This document shows positions 1-10,463 of a stretch of DNA of 64,000 bases, one piece after another (the stretch's first letter is position 1; each line of letters begins with the position of its first letter). Both the position numbers and the translations under genes were made by a program. The DNA comes from Candidatus Marinacidobacterales bacterium (lineage in GTDB: Bacteria > Acidobacteriota > Vicinamibacteria > Marinacidobacterales > DATDRI01): the NCBI GenBank assembly GCA_965219415.1, contig CBDCNP010000002.1:3424001-3488000 (forward strand), given 5' to 3'. The notes beneath the pieces were generated by a model, which was not told the origin of the DNA, did not search any database, and saw nothing but the letters and a program-made list of their open reading frames with translations.

Positions 1-433
1 CGGCGCGGCGCGCTCCGGCTGGATGGCGTTAGTCATCGGGACCGGATTCATGGCGTGCTCGGCCATCGTCTTTCTAGTCTTTCCCTCCCATATTCTGAGG
101 GCTTTCACGAGCGACTCGGGTGTGATCACGATCGGTATTTCTCTTCTTCTCGTGGCCGCCTACTTCCAATTGTTCGACGGTGTGCAAATAGTCGCCACCG
201 GGATCATGCGCGGCTCCGGAGACACGCAAACCCCGATGCTCGTCAACTTGGTAGGTCACTGGTTCGTAGGGCTGCCGGTGGGCTACACGTTATGTTTCGT
301 GAAGGGCTGGGGAGTGATCGGACTTTGGATAGGCTTCTGTGTCGGCCTGGTGTCAGTCGGAGCCATTCTGCTCGTTGCCTGGTCGCGCCGCATTCGCTCC
401 CTTCAGCGCGAGCTCGCGCCTTCTTTTGACTGA
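1..433 (+). CDS. MATE family efflux transporter, C-terminal part (runs off window start)
   Basis: FQLFDGVQIVATGIMRGSGDT and HWFVGLPVGY...GVIGLWIG motifs typical of the NorM/MATE C-terminus. Confidence 0.9.
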   Translation, partial: GAARSGWMALVIGTGFMACSAIVFLVFPSHILRAFTSDSGVITIGISLLLVAAYFQLFDGVQIVATGIMRGSGDTQTPMLVNLVGHWFVGLPVGYTLCFVKGWGVIGLWIGFCVGLVSVGAILLVAWSRRIRSLQRELAPSFD

Positions 434-491
434 TGGATTTGTCTCCGGGTTCGTTCTATGCTTCGCGAGCATATAGCGCAGGGAGGGATCC

Positions 492-827
492 ATGAATCGC
501 ATTGCAAAACTGATCATATTGGCAATAGGGCTCGGCGGCTTCAGTGGGTGCGGTGGAGGAGACCAGGTGTCTTCATCGCAGCCGGTCCACGATCTAATCA
601 TCCACAACGCCAAAATCCTTACGGTGGACGATAGCTTCTCGATTGCAGAGGCGGTGGCCATCAAAGATGGCGAGTTCGTTGCCGTCGGGACCGACTCCGA
701 GATGCTTGCCATGGCGGATCCGAAGACACGGGTAGTGGATCTAAAGGGTAGGACGGTACTCCCTGGGTTCAACGACACACATAGTCATGTAGTCAAGATG
801 GGCCTCAATCTTCCGGCCTCAATCGAT
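492..827 (+). pseudogene. Amidohydrolase_3 (YtcJ-like) lipoprotein, 5' fragment cut by IS5
   Basis: Lipobox FSGC, AEAVAIKDG, DLKGRTVLPGFNDTHSH metal motif; similarity ends at the IS inverted repeat at 828. Confidence 0.85.
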
Positions 828-1916
828 CTGCCTTGGTGCACAACTCCGATAGAGGCCGAGAGCTCGCTTGGCCCCGACTCCCATCATCCGATCATCTCGC
901 TATCAGGCATCCCGAGCGCCGTCATGGTGTTGAGAATCTTGCACCCGATCCTTGCCTCACCTCTCTGTGCCGCCAACCCTCTCGCTCGCATCGCTGAGCC
1001 CACGATAGCCTTGTAGCGATGGAACGTTGTCTCGACTTTGCTCCGTTTGCTGTAGCCCGATTCTGTGTGCCACTTTCGTTTGCCGAGCCGAGCTTGTGCT
1101 GCAATGTTGCGATTGCGCTGTCGGCTGCTCGCCGGCCCCGATGCGAGCAGGGCGCCCTTGCGCGGCGGTATCAGCACCCTCGGCGAGCGATGAGCGCTGT
1201 GATTCTCGATTGCCTCATAGACGCCGCCGGCGTCGTATGCGGTGTCAGCTCTGGCCGATGAGATGGGACTGTCGATCTGTCCGACAAGCGATGCAACCCG
1301 CGATGAATCGCGGGCTCTTTTGCTCGTCAGCTCGCCGGCGACGACTTCGCCACTCTGCTCGTCGACACACAGATGGAGCTTGCGATAGTCCCTGCTCTTT
1401 TGTGCTCTGCGCAGCTGGCCGGCGTGGACAGCGAGACCGCTGCTGTCGAACAAGATGTGCAACGGCGTCTTCTGCTTGACTGGGTAGAAGGGGACCTTAC
1501 CCAGCTTCGGCTTGCGCCTCGAGATCGTGGTGTGATCGGGCACATCACTGTCTAGCTTCATCAGAGCGAACAACGACCGCAGCAATCCCTCGCTCTGCCT
1601 AGATGACAGATGAAACACCATGCCCAGGGTGACAGCCGTCTCGATGGCGTGGTTCGAGTACTTGCGTTGACAGCCCGGTTTCCTCCTCCTTGGCCGGGGC
1701 GCGTCCCAGTTCACAAGCTTGCCGGCGGTGAGCGAGATCCAGACGGTCAGGCTCCCGCGGTTGCGTAGACCCGCCTCATATTCACGCCAATTCCTCACGC
1801 GATAGGCCTTCTTCACATACTTCCGCTGAGTGCGTTTGAAAATGCTCATGGGGAACCTCGTATCCGCGAGTACAGGACAATTGTGGACCGAGATCGCTAG
1901 TTGTGCACCAAGGCAG
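828..1916 (-). mobile_element. IS5 family (IS903-like) insertion sequence
   Basis: Perfect 18-bp inverted repeats ctgccttggtgcacaact (828-845) / agttgtgcaccaaggcag (1899-1916); no matching flanking direct repeat. Confidence 0.9.
884..1849 (-). CDS. IS5 family DDE transposase
   Basis: YRVRNWREYEAGLRNRGSLTVW, PDHTTISRR, RKLHL, ADTAYD, GYSKRSKVETTFHRYK motifs; start at MSIFKR inside the IR. Confidence 0.9.
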   Translation of the reverse strand: MSIFKRTQRKYVKKAYRVRNWREYEAGLRNRGSLTVWISLTAGKLVNWDAPRPRRRKPGCQRKYSNHAIETAVTLGMVFHLSSRQSEGLLRSLFALMKLDSDVPDHTTISRRKPKLGKVPFYPVKQKTPLHILFDSSGLAVHAGQLRRAQKSRDYRKLHLCVDEQSGEVVAGELTSKRARDSSRVASLVGQIDSPISSARADTAYDAGGVYEAIENHSAHRSPRVLIPPRKGALLASGPASSRQRNRNIAAQARLGKRKWHTESGYSKRSKVETTFHRYKAIVGSAMRARGLAAQRGEARIGCKILNTMTALGMPDSEMIG

Positions 1917-2192
1917 CGACACGCAGGTGAAAGAGTACGTGCGTCAGGTTCGTCCTCCGACGCGCGCGCGATGGCCTGGCGCAGATCACAGGTGCCCCAA
2001 CGTGACCGCGTATTGGTTGATGTCGTCGCCGACGGCTTCACATGCCGCACGCTTGACGGCGTCTGGGGCTGGGCAATTGGGAAATCCCTGGGACAAGTTG
2101 AGCCCATCGTGGGTATGACAGAGCCGGGTCATCTCTCGAATGACCGACTCGGTAAAGCCATGGGTGCGCCGAGCTGTCGCGAGCTTCGACAT
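1917..2192 (-). pseudogene. PLP-dependent aminotransferase class I/II, 5' fragment
   Basis: FTESVIREMTRL...LNLSQGFP...INQYA N-terminus; frameshifted and cut by IS5. Confidence 0.8.
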
Positions 2193-2254
2193 GGCGATCA
2201 TTATGCTTTAATGTAAAAGGTGGCAACGTTCGATAGTGCAAACAGGAGATTCTG

Positions 2255-3457
2255 ATGCTGCACGTACTAGCCCACACCACCCGGAGCGCTGTCGCGGCCC
2301 TCGTCGTCGCGATGCTCCTGCCTGCCCTGCTACACGCCGAGACGTCCCAGGCACCCGACGGCCTGCTACCGGTCGAGGCCCTTTCGCCGGGATTCCTGGG
2401 CATGTATCGCAAGGTCATGGAGATCGAGGACGACATCTCCAAGTATGCCGACAAGTACGACGTTGACCTGACGTTGGCACGCGCCCTGTGCATCCAAGAA
2501 TCTGGGGGCAACGCGAACCTGAACTCGTGGGCCGGCGCGAAAGGCTACTTCCAGGTCATGCCATCCACGTTCCGGACGCTGAAGGTCAAGACGAACGTCG
2601 AGGCGGGCATCAAGTACTTGTCGCAGATGATCCGGCGGTTCGACCGTGAGGACTACGCGCTTGGCGCATACAACGGTGGGCCGGGGCGGGTCGCCCGCGG
2701 CCGTCCTTTGCTCGAAACCCTGCAGTACATCCTGTTCGTAGGCCAGTACCGCAACGTCCTGAAGCTGCACGAGCCGTCGGTCCGGCATCACGCGTCCCAA
2801 ATGCAGCTTGACGAGGTCCGTGAGGGCGACGACTGGTGGACGATCTCCGAACGGCTTGATGTGTCGGTGTTGCAGCTCCGCATGCACAACCCGTTTCTGG
2901 CAACCCGCGCGCTGAGAGTCGGACAACTCGTCGCGTTCCCGCCGACGCCGCGCACGGATCTGTTCGTGTCCAATGGCGAGGGACTCGAGTATCGGACCCG
3001 CCACGGCGATAACTACCTGCTCCTGTCGTTCGTCCTCGACGTGGACCGAGACGAGCTGCGCGATCAGAACGGTCTCTGGCGCCTGCAGACACTTCCGGCC
3101 GACCAAGTGCTACAGATTCCGCTGACCTGGAAGGGAAAGTACAACGAGTACGAGACGAAGCCGGGTGACACCCTGAGGTCGGTGGCCAAGGTGATGAAGT
3201 CTCAGCCGTGGCGGATCATCCGGGACAACAACTTGTTCTGGGACGAGACGCTTCGGTCCGGTACGGTGCTCAAGGTGAGACCATCGCCGCCCAATCCAAC
3301 CTACGCCACCCACAAGGTGTCGCGCGGCGACACCCTCCTGGGCCTCGCGAGCAAGTACGGCACGAGCGTCCGAGCGATCCAGGCCGCCAACAACATGGGG
3401 CGTAAGACCACAATCCGAATCGGACATCGCCTTCGGGTGCCAACGCGCGCCAAATAG
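2255..3457 (+). CDS. Secreted lytic transglycosylase (SLT domain) with multiple LysM domains
   Basis: Signal peptide; QESGGN, GYFQVMP, AYNGGPG SLT motifs; repeated LysM units (GDDWWTIS, PGDTLRSVA, RGDTLLGLASKYG). Confidence 0.92.
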   Translation: MLHVLAHTTRSAVAALVVAMLLPALLHAETSQAPDGLLPVEALSPGFLGMYRKVMEIEDDISKYADKYDVDLTLARALCIQESGGNANLNSWAGAKGYFQVMPSTFRTLKVKTNVEAGIKYLSQMIRRFDREDYALGAYNGGPGRVARGRPLLETLQYILFVGQYRNVLKLHEPSVRHHASQMQLDEVREGDDWWTISERLDVSVLQLRMHNPFLATRALRVGQLVAFPPTPRTDLFVSNGEGLEYRTRHGDNYLLLSFVLDVDRDELRDQNGLWRLQTLPADQVLQIPLTWKGKYNEYETKPGDTLRSVAKVMKSQPWRIIRDNNLFWDETLRSGTVLKVRPSPPNPTYATHKVSRGDTLLGLASKYGTSVRAIQAANNMGRKTTIRIGHRLRVPTRAK

Positions 3458-3670
3458 GGGAGCGGGCGCTGAGCAGGCCGTGCGGCAGCAGAAAAGAGGC
3501 TGTGCTCTGCAAAAAAGTCGATCCAGCGTTGATTGCACGGTTTAGAGCTGCCATGCTCGGCTGCTTCGCGCCGGTCGACCCTAAGACGCCACCGGCGTCT
3601 TAGGAACGTGGAGAGGCTCGCTCGTGGAACTGTTTTCGAATATGGCCGCGGGTTGGCTTACAGCGTGGCC

Positions 3671-4511
3671 GGTGCTTGCGCTGTTTACTGTTAGTGATGT
3701 GTACGCATCCCGTTGCAAAAGAGGCGCTTACGCTCCATTTAGCGAGTAGCGGAGGTCACGAGCGCTATTTTGTCCCCCGCCCCACGATTTCTTTGGACAG
3801 TGATTTGAGAAACTACATCAGAGGAGGATGACGATATGTCCAGAGGAATGAAGGGGGAATCTGTGGTTGCGCAGGGAGCCCGGAGGGTGACCGAAGTGCT
3901 CTCAGATTCAGCGCGCGGCGTCAAGGGCCGGTGGTCGTCGCGGTGCAAGGTGAGCTTGGTATTGGAGCTGTTGCGTGGAGCCGAACTGGAGACGACGAGG
4001 CGGAAGTACGGTGTCACGGGCGCGACGTTGACGCATTGGCGCGAGGCGTTTCTCGTGGGAGGCGAGAACGGGTTGAAGAGCCGGACCGTCGATGTCGTCG
4101 ACGAAGAGCAGAAGAGACTGCAATCGGCCGTAACCGGCCTGGAGATGGACAATGAACTGTTGCGGGAACAGATATCCGGCAGTTGGAGGACGAGAAGCCT
4201 TTTCTACGGTGGAGGTCGAAGAAATGAAGGAACAACTGCTCTGGGTTCGCCACTTCCAATCAATTCCGGAACTGCTCGAAGCCCTTCAGCACTTCCGCGA
4301 ACTCTACAACCAGAACTGGCTCATAGAGCGTCTTGGCTTTCAATCGCCCGTTCAGGCAAGACAACGCCTTGCTCTCAAAACGGCCGCTTGATTATGGTGA
4401 GTTCAATCTGTCCAAGAAATCAGGGGCGGTACACGAGCGCTATTTTGGCTGTAATTTAAGGCACCGTAAAGTCTTAGTGTCATCTCACCAACACTTAATG
4501 GCGGAAGCACC
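3671..4511. mobile_element. IS1-derived MITE (ggtgctt...aagcacc) interrupted by a deleted IS3
   Basis: Halves 3671-3770 and 4434-4511 match the intact 166-bp copy at 4983-5148. Confidence 0.85.
3771..4433 (+). mobile_element. Internally deleted IS3-family element (orfA plus last part of orfB)
   Basis: TG...CA ends with imperfect IRs; HTH orfA from 3836; orfB C-terminus KEQLLWVRHF...YNQNWLIERLGFQSP; 12-bp flanking duplication cgagcgctattt. Confidence 0.8.
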
Positions 4512-4551
4512 CTCGTTGGTGTAACCTCGCCATACGGAGGTGCGTTGCAAA

Positions 4552-4967
4552 ATGAAACGAGTGCGTGACCTGATGACCACCAACCCCAGGACCCTCGGAC
4601 GAAACGATCTGCTCAAGGTGGCGGATGACCTGATGACGACTGAGCGGATCCGGCATCTGCCGGTCCCTGGACGATGCGGGCAATCTCGCCGGGGTCCTGA
4701 CCCAGCGGGATCTCTTCCACGGCGCCTTGGTCCGAGCCCTTGGGTTCGGAAACGCCGCCCGCGAGAAGATGCTAAACGTCGATCCCCGTCAAGGAGGTCA
4801 TGACAGGCGATGTTGAGACGACCACACCGAGCACGCCGCTCGCCTACGCCGCGCGGGAGATGGTGGCGCGCAAGATCGGTTGTCTCCCGGTCGTGGAGCA
4901 CAACGCGCTCGTCGGCATCCTCACGGAGGGCGATTTCGTGGCCCTGGTGGCAACGATGGGTGTTTGA
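4552..4967 (+). pseudogene. CBS-domain pair protein with two frameshifts
   Basis: VRDLMTTNP...IRHLPV, then in other frames LAGVLTQRDL and VKEVMT...KIGCLPVV...LVGILTEGDF. Confidence 0.8.
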
Positions 4968-4982
4968 ATCGAACGACGTCGG

Positions 4983-5148
4983 GGTGCTTGCGCCATTTAC
5001 TGTTGGTGATGTGTGCGCATCCCTTTGCGAAAGAGGCGCTTACGCTCCATTTAGTGCGCAGCGAAGGTCACGAGCGCTATTTTGGCTGTAATTTAATGCA
5101 CCGTAAAGTCTTAGCGTCATCTCACCAACACTTAATGGCGGAAGCACC
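4983..5148. mobile_element. IS1-derived MITE, intact copy
   Basis: Terminal IRs ggtgcttgcgc / gcggaagcacc; similar copies at 36263, 44904, 54537. Confidence 0.85.
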
Positions 5149-5244
5149 CATTTGTGTGCCATGGCGGCATTCTTGCGCACGTGAGCGTGGTTTGCCTACA
5201 GTGCTGTCGCGTGCTCCATACCGCGCTAGGAGGAAAACATCTAA

Positions 5245-5961
5245 ATGAGCAAAGATAACTGGAGTGATCTTGCGTCGGCGCTCAACTCCAAGCTAAAACT
5301 GCAAGCCACACCTATTGCCATCACTTTTTCCAACGACTTCCAAGGAGTTCCGCCATTCGAGGGACCGACCCCGGCGCCGATGCCCGATGGGCGGACTGGC
5401 AAGGTCCCTGCGGGCTGCGTTTTCTGGATGAAGGCAACGGACCGTACGTTTAGCACCGTCGCCGAAGATCACGGCAATTGCAGTGTCGGAAGCTTGACGC
5501 ACGGCCTCAAGACAATGGACGAAGTAGCCGGCAATAGCGACGTGGCTGCGCTCCTAGATAGCGGATGGGTCACGATGGATGTCGTCCCGCAAATCCCGGT
5601 GGTCAAGACCAAGTACCGCTACATTACCTACGGACCGCTCGTGGAGAGCTCGGATCCGGACGTGGTCGTCGTTCGCCTCAACGCAACACAACTTATGGTC
5701 CTTCATGACGCAATCCCCGGTCTTCGCTTCGAGGGAAAACCCCAGTGTCACATCGTCGCCATCGCCAAAGAGCAAGGTGAAATCGCGGCCAGTGTCGGGT
5801 GCATGCTAAGCCGGGTCCGTACAGGGATGTCACCCAGCGAAGTGACGTGCGCGATCCCGGCCTCCAAGCTGGGCGACGTCATCGAGGCGCTCGATTCCAC
5901 TTGCGTGGCGGACGGCAAGGTGGCGACGTACGCTGCAGAAGATGGAAAGCGATTCGCCTAG
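5245..5961 (+). CDS. DUF169 domain protein
   Basis: AGCVFW, DHGNCSVG, PDVVVVR, PQCH, SVGCMLSRVRTGM Cys pattern; RBS aggagg. Confidence 0.8.
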   Translation: MSKDNWSDLASALNSKLKLQATPIAITFSNDFQGVPPFEGPTPAPMPDGRTGKVPAGCVFWMKATDRTFSTVAEDHGNCSVGSLTHGLKTMDEVAGNSDVAALLDSGWVTMDVVPQIPVVKTKYRYITYGPLVESSDPDVVVVRLNATQLMVLHDAIPGLRFEGKPQCHIVAIAKEQGEIAASVGCMLSRVRTGMSPSEVTCAIPASKLGDVIEALDSTCVADGKVATYAAEDGKRFA

Positions 5962-5970
5962 GACCCTAAG

Positions 5971-6934
5971 GGTGCTTGCGCCATTTACTGTTGGTGATGT
6001 GTGCGCATCCTTTTGCAAAAGAGGCGCTTACGCTCCATTTAGCGCACAGCGAAGGTCACGAGCGCTATTTTTGTACCGCCCCTGATTTCTTGGACAGATT
6101 GAACTCATCATAATCAAGCGGCCGTTTCGAGAGCAAGGCGGCATACCGGCACCGTCACCACCGACCGGCCGAACCAGATGTGGGGCATTGATGCGACGGC
6201 GACGGTAACGTTCGATGATGGCCAGGTCACTGTTTTTGCCGCCGTTGATCACTGTACGGCCGAGTGCGTCGGCATTCATGCCGTGAAACGCGCCACGCGC
6301 TTCGAAGCCCTCGAACCGATCCGTCAAGGCCGTCTGGTCAAAATACTCGAACGCCCAGCGGGTCAGCGGTTTGCACCTTTCCAAGGGCTGCTTGAATCCG
6401 GCATCGCGGTCGGATACGTATTCCTTCCGGGTGCACAGTTCGTTGCCTGCAGCTCGCCCCGCAGCCGATTTGAGCCAGCCGTGCGCACCCCCGGTGGGCC
6501 TGTCGCCCACCACCCGCAGCCCAAGGTCGGAAGCCAGCCCTACGGCGCGAAATACCCTGGATTCTGCGCGGATTCAAAGGGCGTCTAAGCTGCTGATTTG
6601 CGATCTATTTCAAAAGGGTCGAGTTTTGGCACAGGACGGGGTCTAAAATGCACAATCAACGCTGGGTCGACTTTTTACGGAGCACTAGTCGTAGTACCAA
6701 ACTTGCTTCGTCCAGGGATGAGGGCTGGCTTGCGGTTATCGAAGAAAATCACATTGGCCTTGACCCGTCTGGTCAAAATACTCGAACGCGCAGCGGGTCA
6801 GCAGTTTGCACCTTTCCAAGGGCTAAATAGACCATAAATCAGCAGCTTAGTGTCTATGGTGCGCTCCCGTGAACGGCTTGGCGGGTTGCTACGTTTCTAC
6901 CATCGGGAAGCCGCAGAAGTATTTTGACCTCACG
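5971..6934. mobile_element. Nest of IS fragments: half IS1-MITE, IS3 right end, IS3 integrase fragment, family C ends, family B right end, family F end
   Basis: MITE half 5971-6071; IS3 IR from 6072; MWGIDAT...VDHCTAEC 6178-6330; cgtctggtcaaaatactc at 6331 and 6766; B end finishing at 6638; C right end at 6934. Confidence 0.8.
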
Positions 6935-7142
6935 GGCATTATTTATCCTTCGCTCGCCTCCTCGGCTCGCTCGGCCGGCCGGGCTCTTCGCCCGCGGGCG
7001 CCTCGGTTCGAAGGCGGGAGCTTCGACGTCCACAATGCCTGAGCTACTGAACCAACAGGAACTCCGCCGTCGGTTGCCATGCCCGCTGGCCGCGTCTAGA
7101 CTTCCGCTTTGGGTTGTGACGATTGGAATGGGAATGTTGTCA

Positions 7143-7670
7143 ATGAAGCGAATCGCTGGCTGGGCTCTTGGTGTGATGTTTATCGGAGGCTCCCTGGGTG
7201 CTGCCGAATTACAGGTTGGCGACGAGGCACCCGACTTCGAGCTCCAAGGCACCGACGGAAAGTCCTACCGGCTCTCCGAGCTAAGGGGCAAGGCTGTGGT
7301 TCTTGCGTGGTTTCCGAAGGCGTTTACCGGTGGTTGAACGGCCGAATGCAAGTCGCTCCGTGAGAGCGGCGACGAAATCCGTGCTTTTGCGGTCAACTAC
7401 TTCGCCGCGAGCTGTGACACGGTCAAGACTAACAAGGAATTCGCCGAATCTCTCTCGCTCGACTATCCGATCCTGAGCGATCCCGACAAAGGCGTCGCGA
7501 AGTCCTATGGGGTCGTAACGGCGGAGCGTGAATTGCCGCACCGCTGGACTTACTATGTCGACGCCGAAGGCAAGATCCTCTACATCGACAGAAGCGTCAA
7601 CACGCACAGCGCGGGAGCGGATGTCGCGGCGCGATTGAAGAGGCTCGGAGTGCCGGCCTTGAGCAAGTAA
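7143..7670 (+). CDS. Secreted peroxiredoxin (BCP/AhpC-TSA family), predicted selenoprotein with UxxC
   Basis: Signal peptide, [30 protein letters not shown]; frame stays open and Prx-like ([15 protein letters not shown]) to TAA at 7670. Confidence 0.88.
7352..7370 (+). promoter_or_regulatory. Candidate bacterial SECIS hairpin
   Basis: gtcgctc-cgtga-gagcggc stem-loop 14 nt after the in-frame TGA (7335-7337). Confidence 0.65.
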
Positions 7671-7822
7671 GACCGGCGAGAGCCTCCTCTCTCGGCAACA
7701 AGCTCCTCACACCTCTGTCGGCAAGCGCGAATGACGCTGGCCCCATCGTGTCGCGAGAGCGACTTGGGGGCATTCTCAACTACTACTGCCGTGCTGCGTA
7801 GATGGTCGCCGGCGACGGTAGC

Positions 7823-8298
7823 CGTCTGGTCAAAATATTCGAACGCCCAGCGGATCAGCAGTTTGCACCTTTCCAAAAGGCTGTTTGAATCCGCCATCGC
7901 GGTCGGATACGTATTCCAGTTCAGCGGAAGGAGTCGCGATGGACTGGAAGACCATGCTGAGTTACATCTCAGGATCCGTGGATGAGGAATTGCTCCTGCG
8001 CAACGAGTATCTTGTGGCTGAGAATCGAGTTCTTCGAAATGAGATCCAGGGTCGTTTGCATCTGACCGATGGCGAAAGGCGGTCTCTGGCCGAGCTCGGA
8101 AAGTGTCTGGGTAAGCAAGCCCTTGATGAGGTCGCGAGTATCGTGAACCCCGACACGATCCTAGGTTGGCACCGGAGGCTTGTCGCGAAGAAGTTCGATA
8201 GCTCCAAGAACCGTCAGTATCCAGGGCGACCGCGGGTCGACGCCGACATCGAAAAGCTGGTGGTGCGTCTCGCCAAGGAGAACAAGTCCTGGGGTTGA
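7823..8298 (+). mobile_element. Family C IS481-like element, 5' fragment
   Basis: Left end cgtctggtcaaaata; MDWKTMLSY from 7939, truncated at KSWG. Confidence 0.85.
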
Positions 8299-8381
8299 AG
8301 TTGAAGCAAGGTCAATCCAGAGTGGAGGGGAGCCGTGAACTTCAGGCCTAGCTATGATTCCGAAACGTCCCGGTGCGTGGG

Positions 8382-8560
8382 TGTGCCTTCTATTTATTCA
8401 TCCGCGCGCCCCGAACTTGATCGATCTCCGGTCTCCCGGGACCATGCCTGCATGATCTCGTCGTTTGTTCGCGCTCGGCCCTTGGCACGGCCGCAAACAC
8501 AGACACTAAGTTGCTGATTTATGGGCTATTTCAAAAAGGGCCGAGTTTTGGCATAGGAAG
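8382..8560 (+). mobile_element. Family B MITE type 2 (diverged copy)
   Basis: tgtgccttctatttattcatcc ... gagttttggcataggaag; reverse-complement match to 11250-11426. Confidence 0.8.
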
Positions 8561-8799
8561 GGAACCGCGAGCCTTGGGGCGAGCGCATCGACATCGAGTC
8601 TTGAGATGCTCGTAATCCAACAGTAAGCCGTCTATGGCCCCGCCCTTGCCGGCTCGGGTGATTTCGGGCAATGGGCTGAAGGATTATGACATCGACGGAG
8701 TAAATTCGGTGTGCACCCTGGCCAGATGCCACACTTGTGAGAAGATGATGATGGCATTCCACCACGACCAACGCGCATGAATCCGAAAACACACGCCAC

Positions 8800-9605
8800 G
8801 GTATTGTCAAGTTGGCGTTGAGCGAGCGAACCTATCGCGTCGAGCTGATTTCCTTTGCTCTCATCGGACGGCACAGGTTACCTCCTGCCAGGCGATGAAA
8901 GCGCGGTCTCGTAGCTCCCGATGATGATGCGCTTGCAACAAATGCCGTCCGACGCGAAAGAGGTTTTGCACGAGTCCATGCACGGTCAAGAATCGTTGCG
9001 CCTGCCCAGGAGTTTTAAACTTCCGCATCTGTCGTTCCCGTTGTCGCGTCGGTTCGTGCGAGACTTCGGCTAGGTTGTTTCTGTACTGGTCAGTGTCGTG
9101 GACGACGGACGGCATGACCTCGCGGTGAGCGGCACTGTAGCTTCTCAGTTTGTCGGTGACCAGCTGCCAAGGCGGGCGGCCTTGCCCTTTCAACAGCTTG
9201 CGGAAGAATCGTTTGGCGGCTTTCTGATCACGGCGAGGCTGGACGAGGATATCAATCACATCACCATCTTGGTCTACCGCGCGCCAGAGGTATTGGCGTT
9301 CACCTTGTATCTTTATGAAGACCTCGTCTAGGTGCCACGTGTCACCGAGACGACCTTGCCGACGCTTCAGTCGCCGAGCGTATTCCGGCCCGAACTTGAT
9401 GCACCAAAGTCGGATCGCTTCGTAGGAAACCGTGATGCCTCGCTGAGCAAGCAGCTCTTCGACGTCTCGAAAGCTCACGCAGAATCGGTGGTAGAGCCAG
9501 ACGGCGTGGCTGATGATTTCCGGTGGAAATCGATAGCCGTGGTAGCTTGGCGCATCGGTTTTCATTGGACCATTCTGTCAGTCACCAGCTCAATTTGACA
9601 GTACC
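8800..9605 (-). mobile_element. IS6 family insertion sequence
   Basis: IRs ggtattgtcaa / ttgacagtacc; second copy at 61275-62080. Confidence 0.92.
8861..9565 (-). CDS. IS6 family transposase
   Basis: YRFPPEIISHAVWLYHRF, WHLDEVF, YLWRAVDQDG, VTDKLRSY, NNLAEVSH. Confidence 0.95.
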   Translation of the reverse strand: MKTDAPSYHGYRFPPEIISHAVWLYHRFCVSFRDVEELLAQRGITVSYEAIRLWCIKFGPEYARRLKRRQGRLGDTWHLDEVFIKIQGERQYLWRAVDQDGDVIDILVQPRRDQKAAKRFFRKLLKGQGRPPWQLVTDKLRSYSAAHREVMPSVVHDTDQYRNNLAEVSHEPTRQRERQMRKFKTPGQAQRFLTVHGLVQNLFRVGRHLLQAHHHRELRDRAFIAWQEVTCAVR

Positions 9606-10205
9606 TTAGCGAATGCTCCAACCAGGGCCGTGAATCCTGCGAAGACCGCGTGAATCACAGCGAGAACCGTCACCGAAATCCGGAAGCTGGTCATGGAGAC
9701 ATGATATATCCCTGCTGGGTACCTACCTAATTGCCGGCCAAAACAGTCGGCGGTTTCGGACATGTAGGGGACGAGCCGCGCGTGGTAGACGTTGCGGTTT
9801 TGACCGCGGCACACGGGCTGTGCGCCGGGGAAGAACTGCAGGAGGTCAGTGCGGAGTTGAGGCCAAATCCGAGACAAGTAAGGAAATCAAGGAGGCTCAG
9901 TCGCACCTGGACCAGAACATGCTAGGGCAGCCATGCCGCGGTAGCCTCGGCCTCGATTCTGGGCTTCTCGGGTGGTATCTTTTCCGCTGCCGCACGGCCC
10001 GGTCAACGCCTGCACCCCTATTTGGCGCAAACTTGGCACTCGAAAATCGAGATTAGAGACGAAAACCAAAAATGACGCCCTTTCAGCCCTTGTGCCTTAC
10101 CCTACCGGGATCCCATACCAGCAATTGAAGACGCGGGCGGCTGTTTTTTGTACCTACCGCTGTGTTGTGATAACATTTTGATAGCATTAAGTTCTGGAGA
10201 AAGCC

Positions 10206-10463
10206 ATGGCAACAGTCAACGTGCGGCAACTCGATGACCACGTAGTGCAGCGTCTCAAGCGGCGCGCCGCCGCGAACAATCGTTCCCTGGAGAGCGAGGC
10301 GCGGCACATTCTCTCCGCCGCCGCCGAAGACGATATGGCGATGAAGCGGAAGTCCTTCCAAGAGCTAGCTGTAAAACTGCGACGCGGCACCAAGGGTCGC
10401 GTACAGACACCGTCTGAAATTCTCATCCGGGAAGATCGCGAGAGCGGACATCGGATTGTCTAA
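10206..10463 (+). CDS. FitA-like ribbon-helix-helix antitoxin
   Basis: MATVNVRQLDDHVVQRLKRRAAANNRSLESEARHIL; overlaps the toxin start (taatg). Confidence 0.9.
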   Translation: MATVNVRQLDDHVVQRLKRRAAANNRSLESEARHILSAAAEDDMAMKRKSFQELAVKLRRGTKGRVQTPSEILIREDRESGHRIV

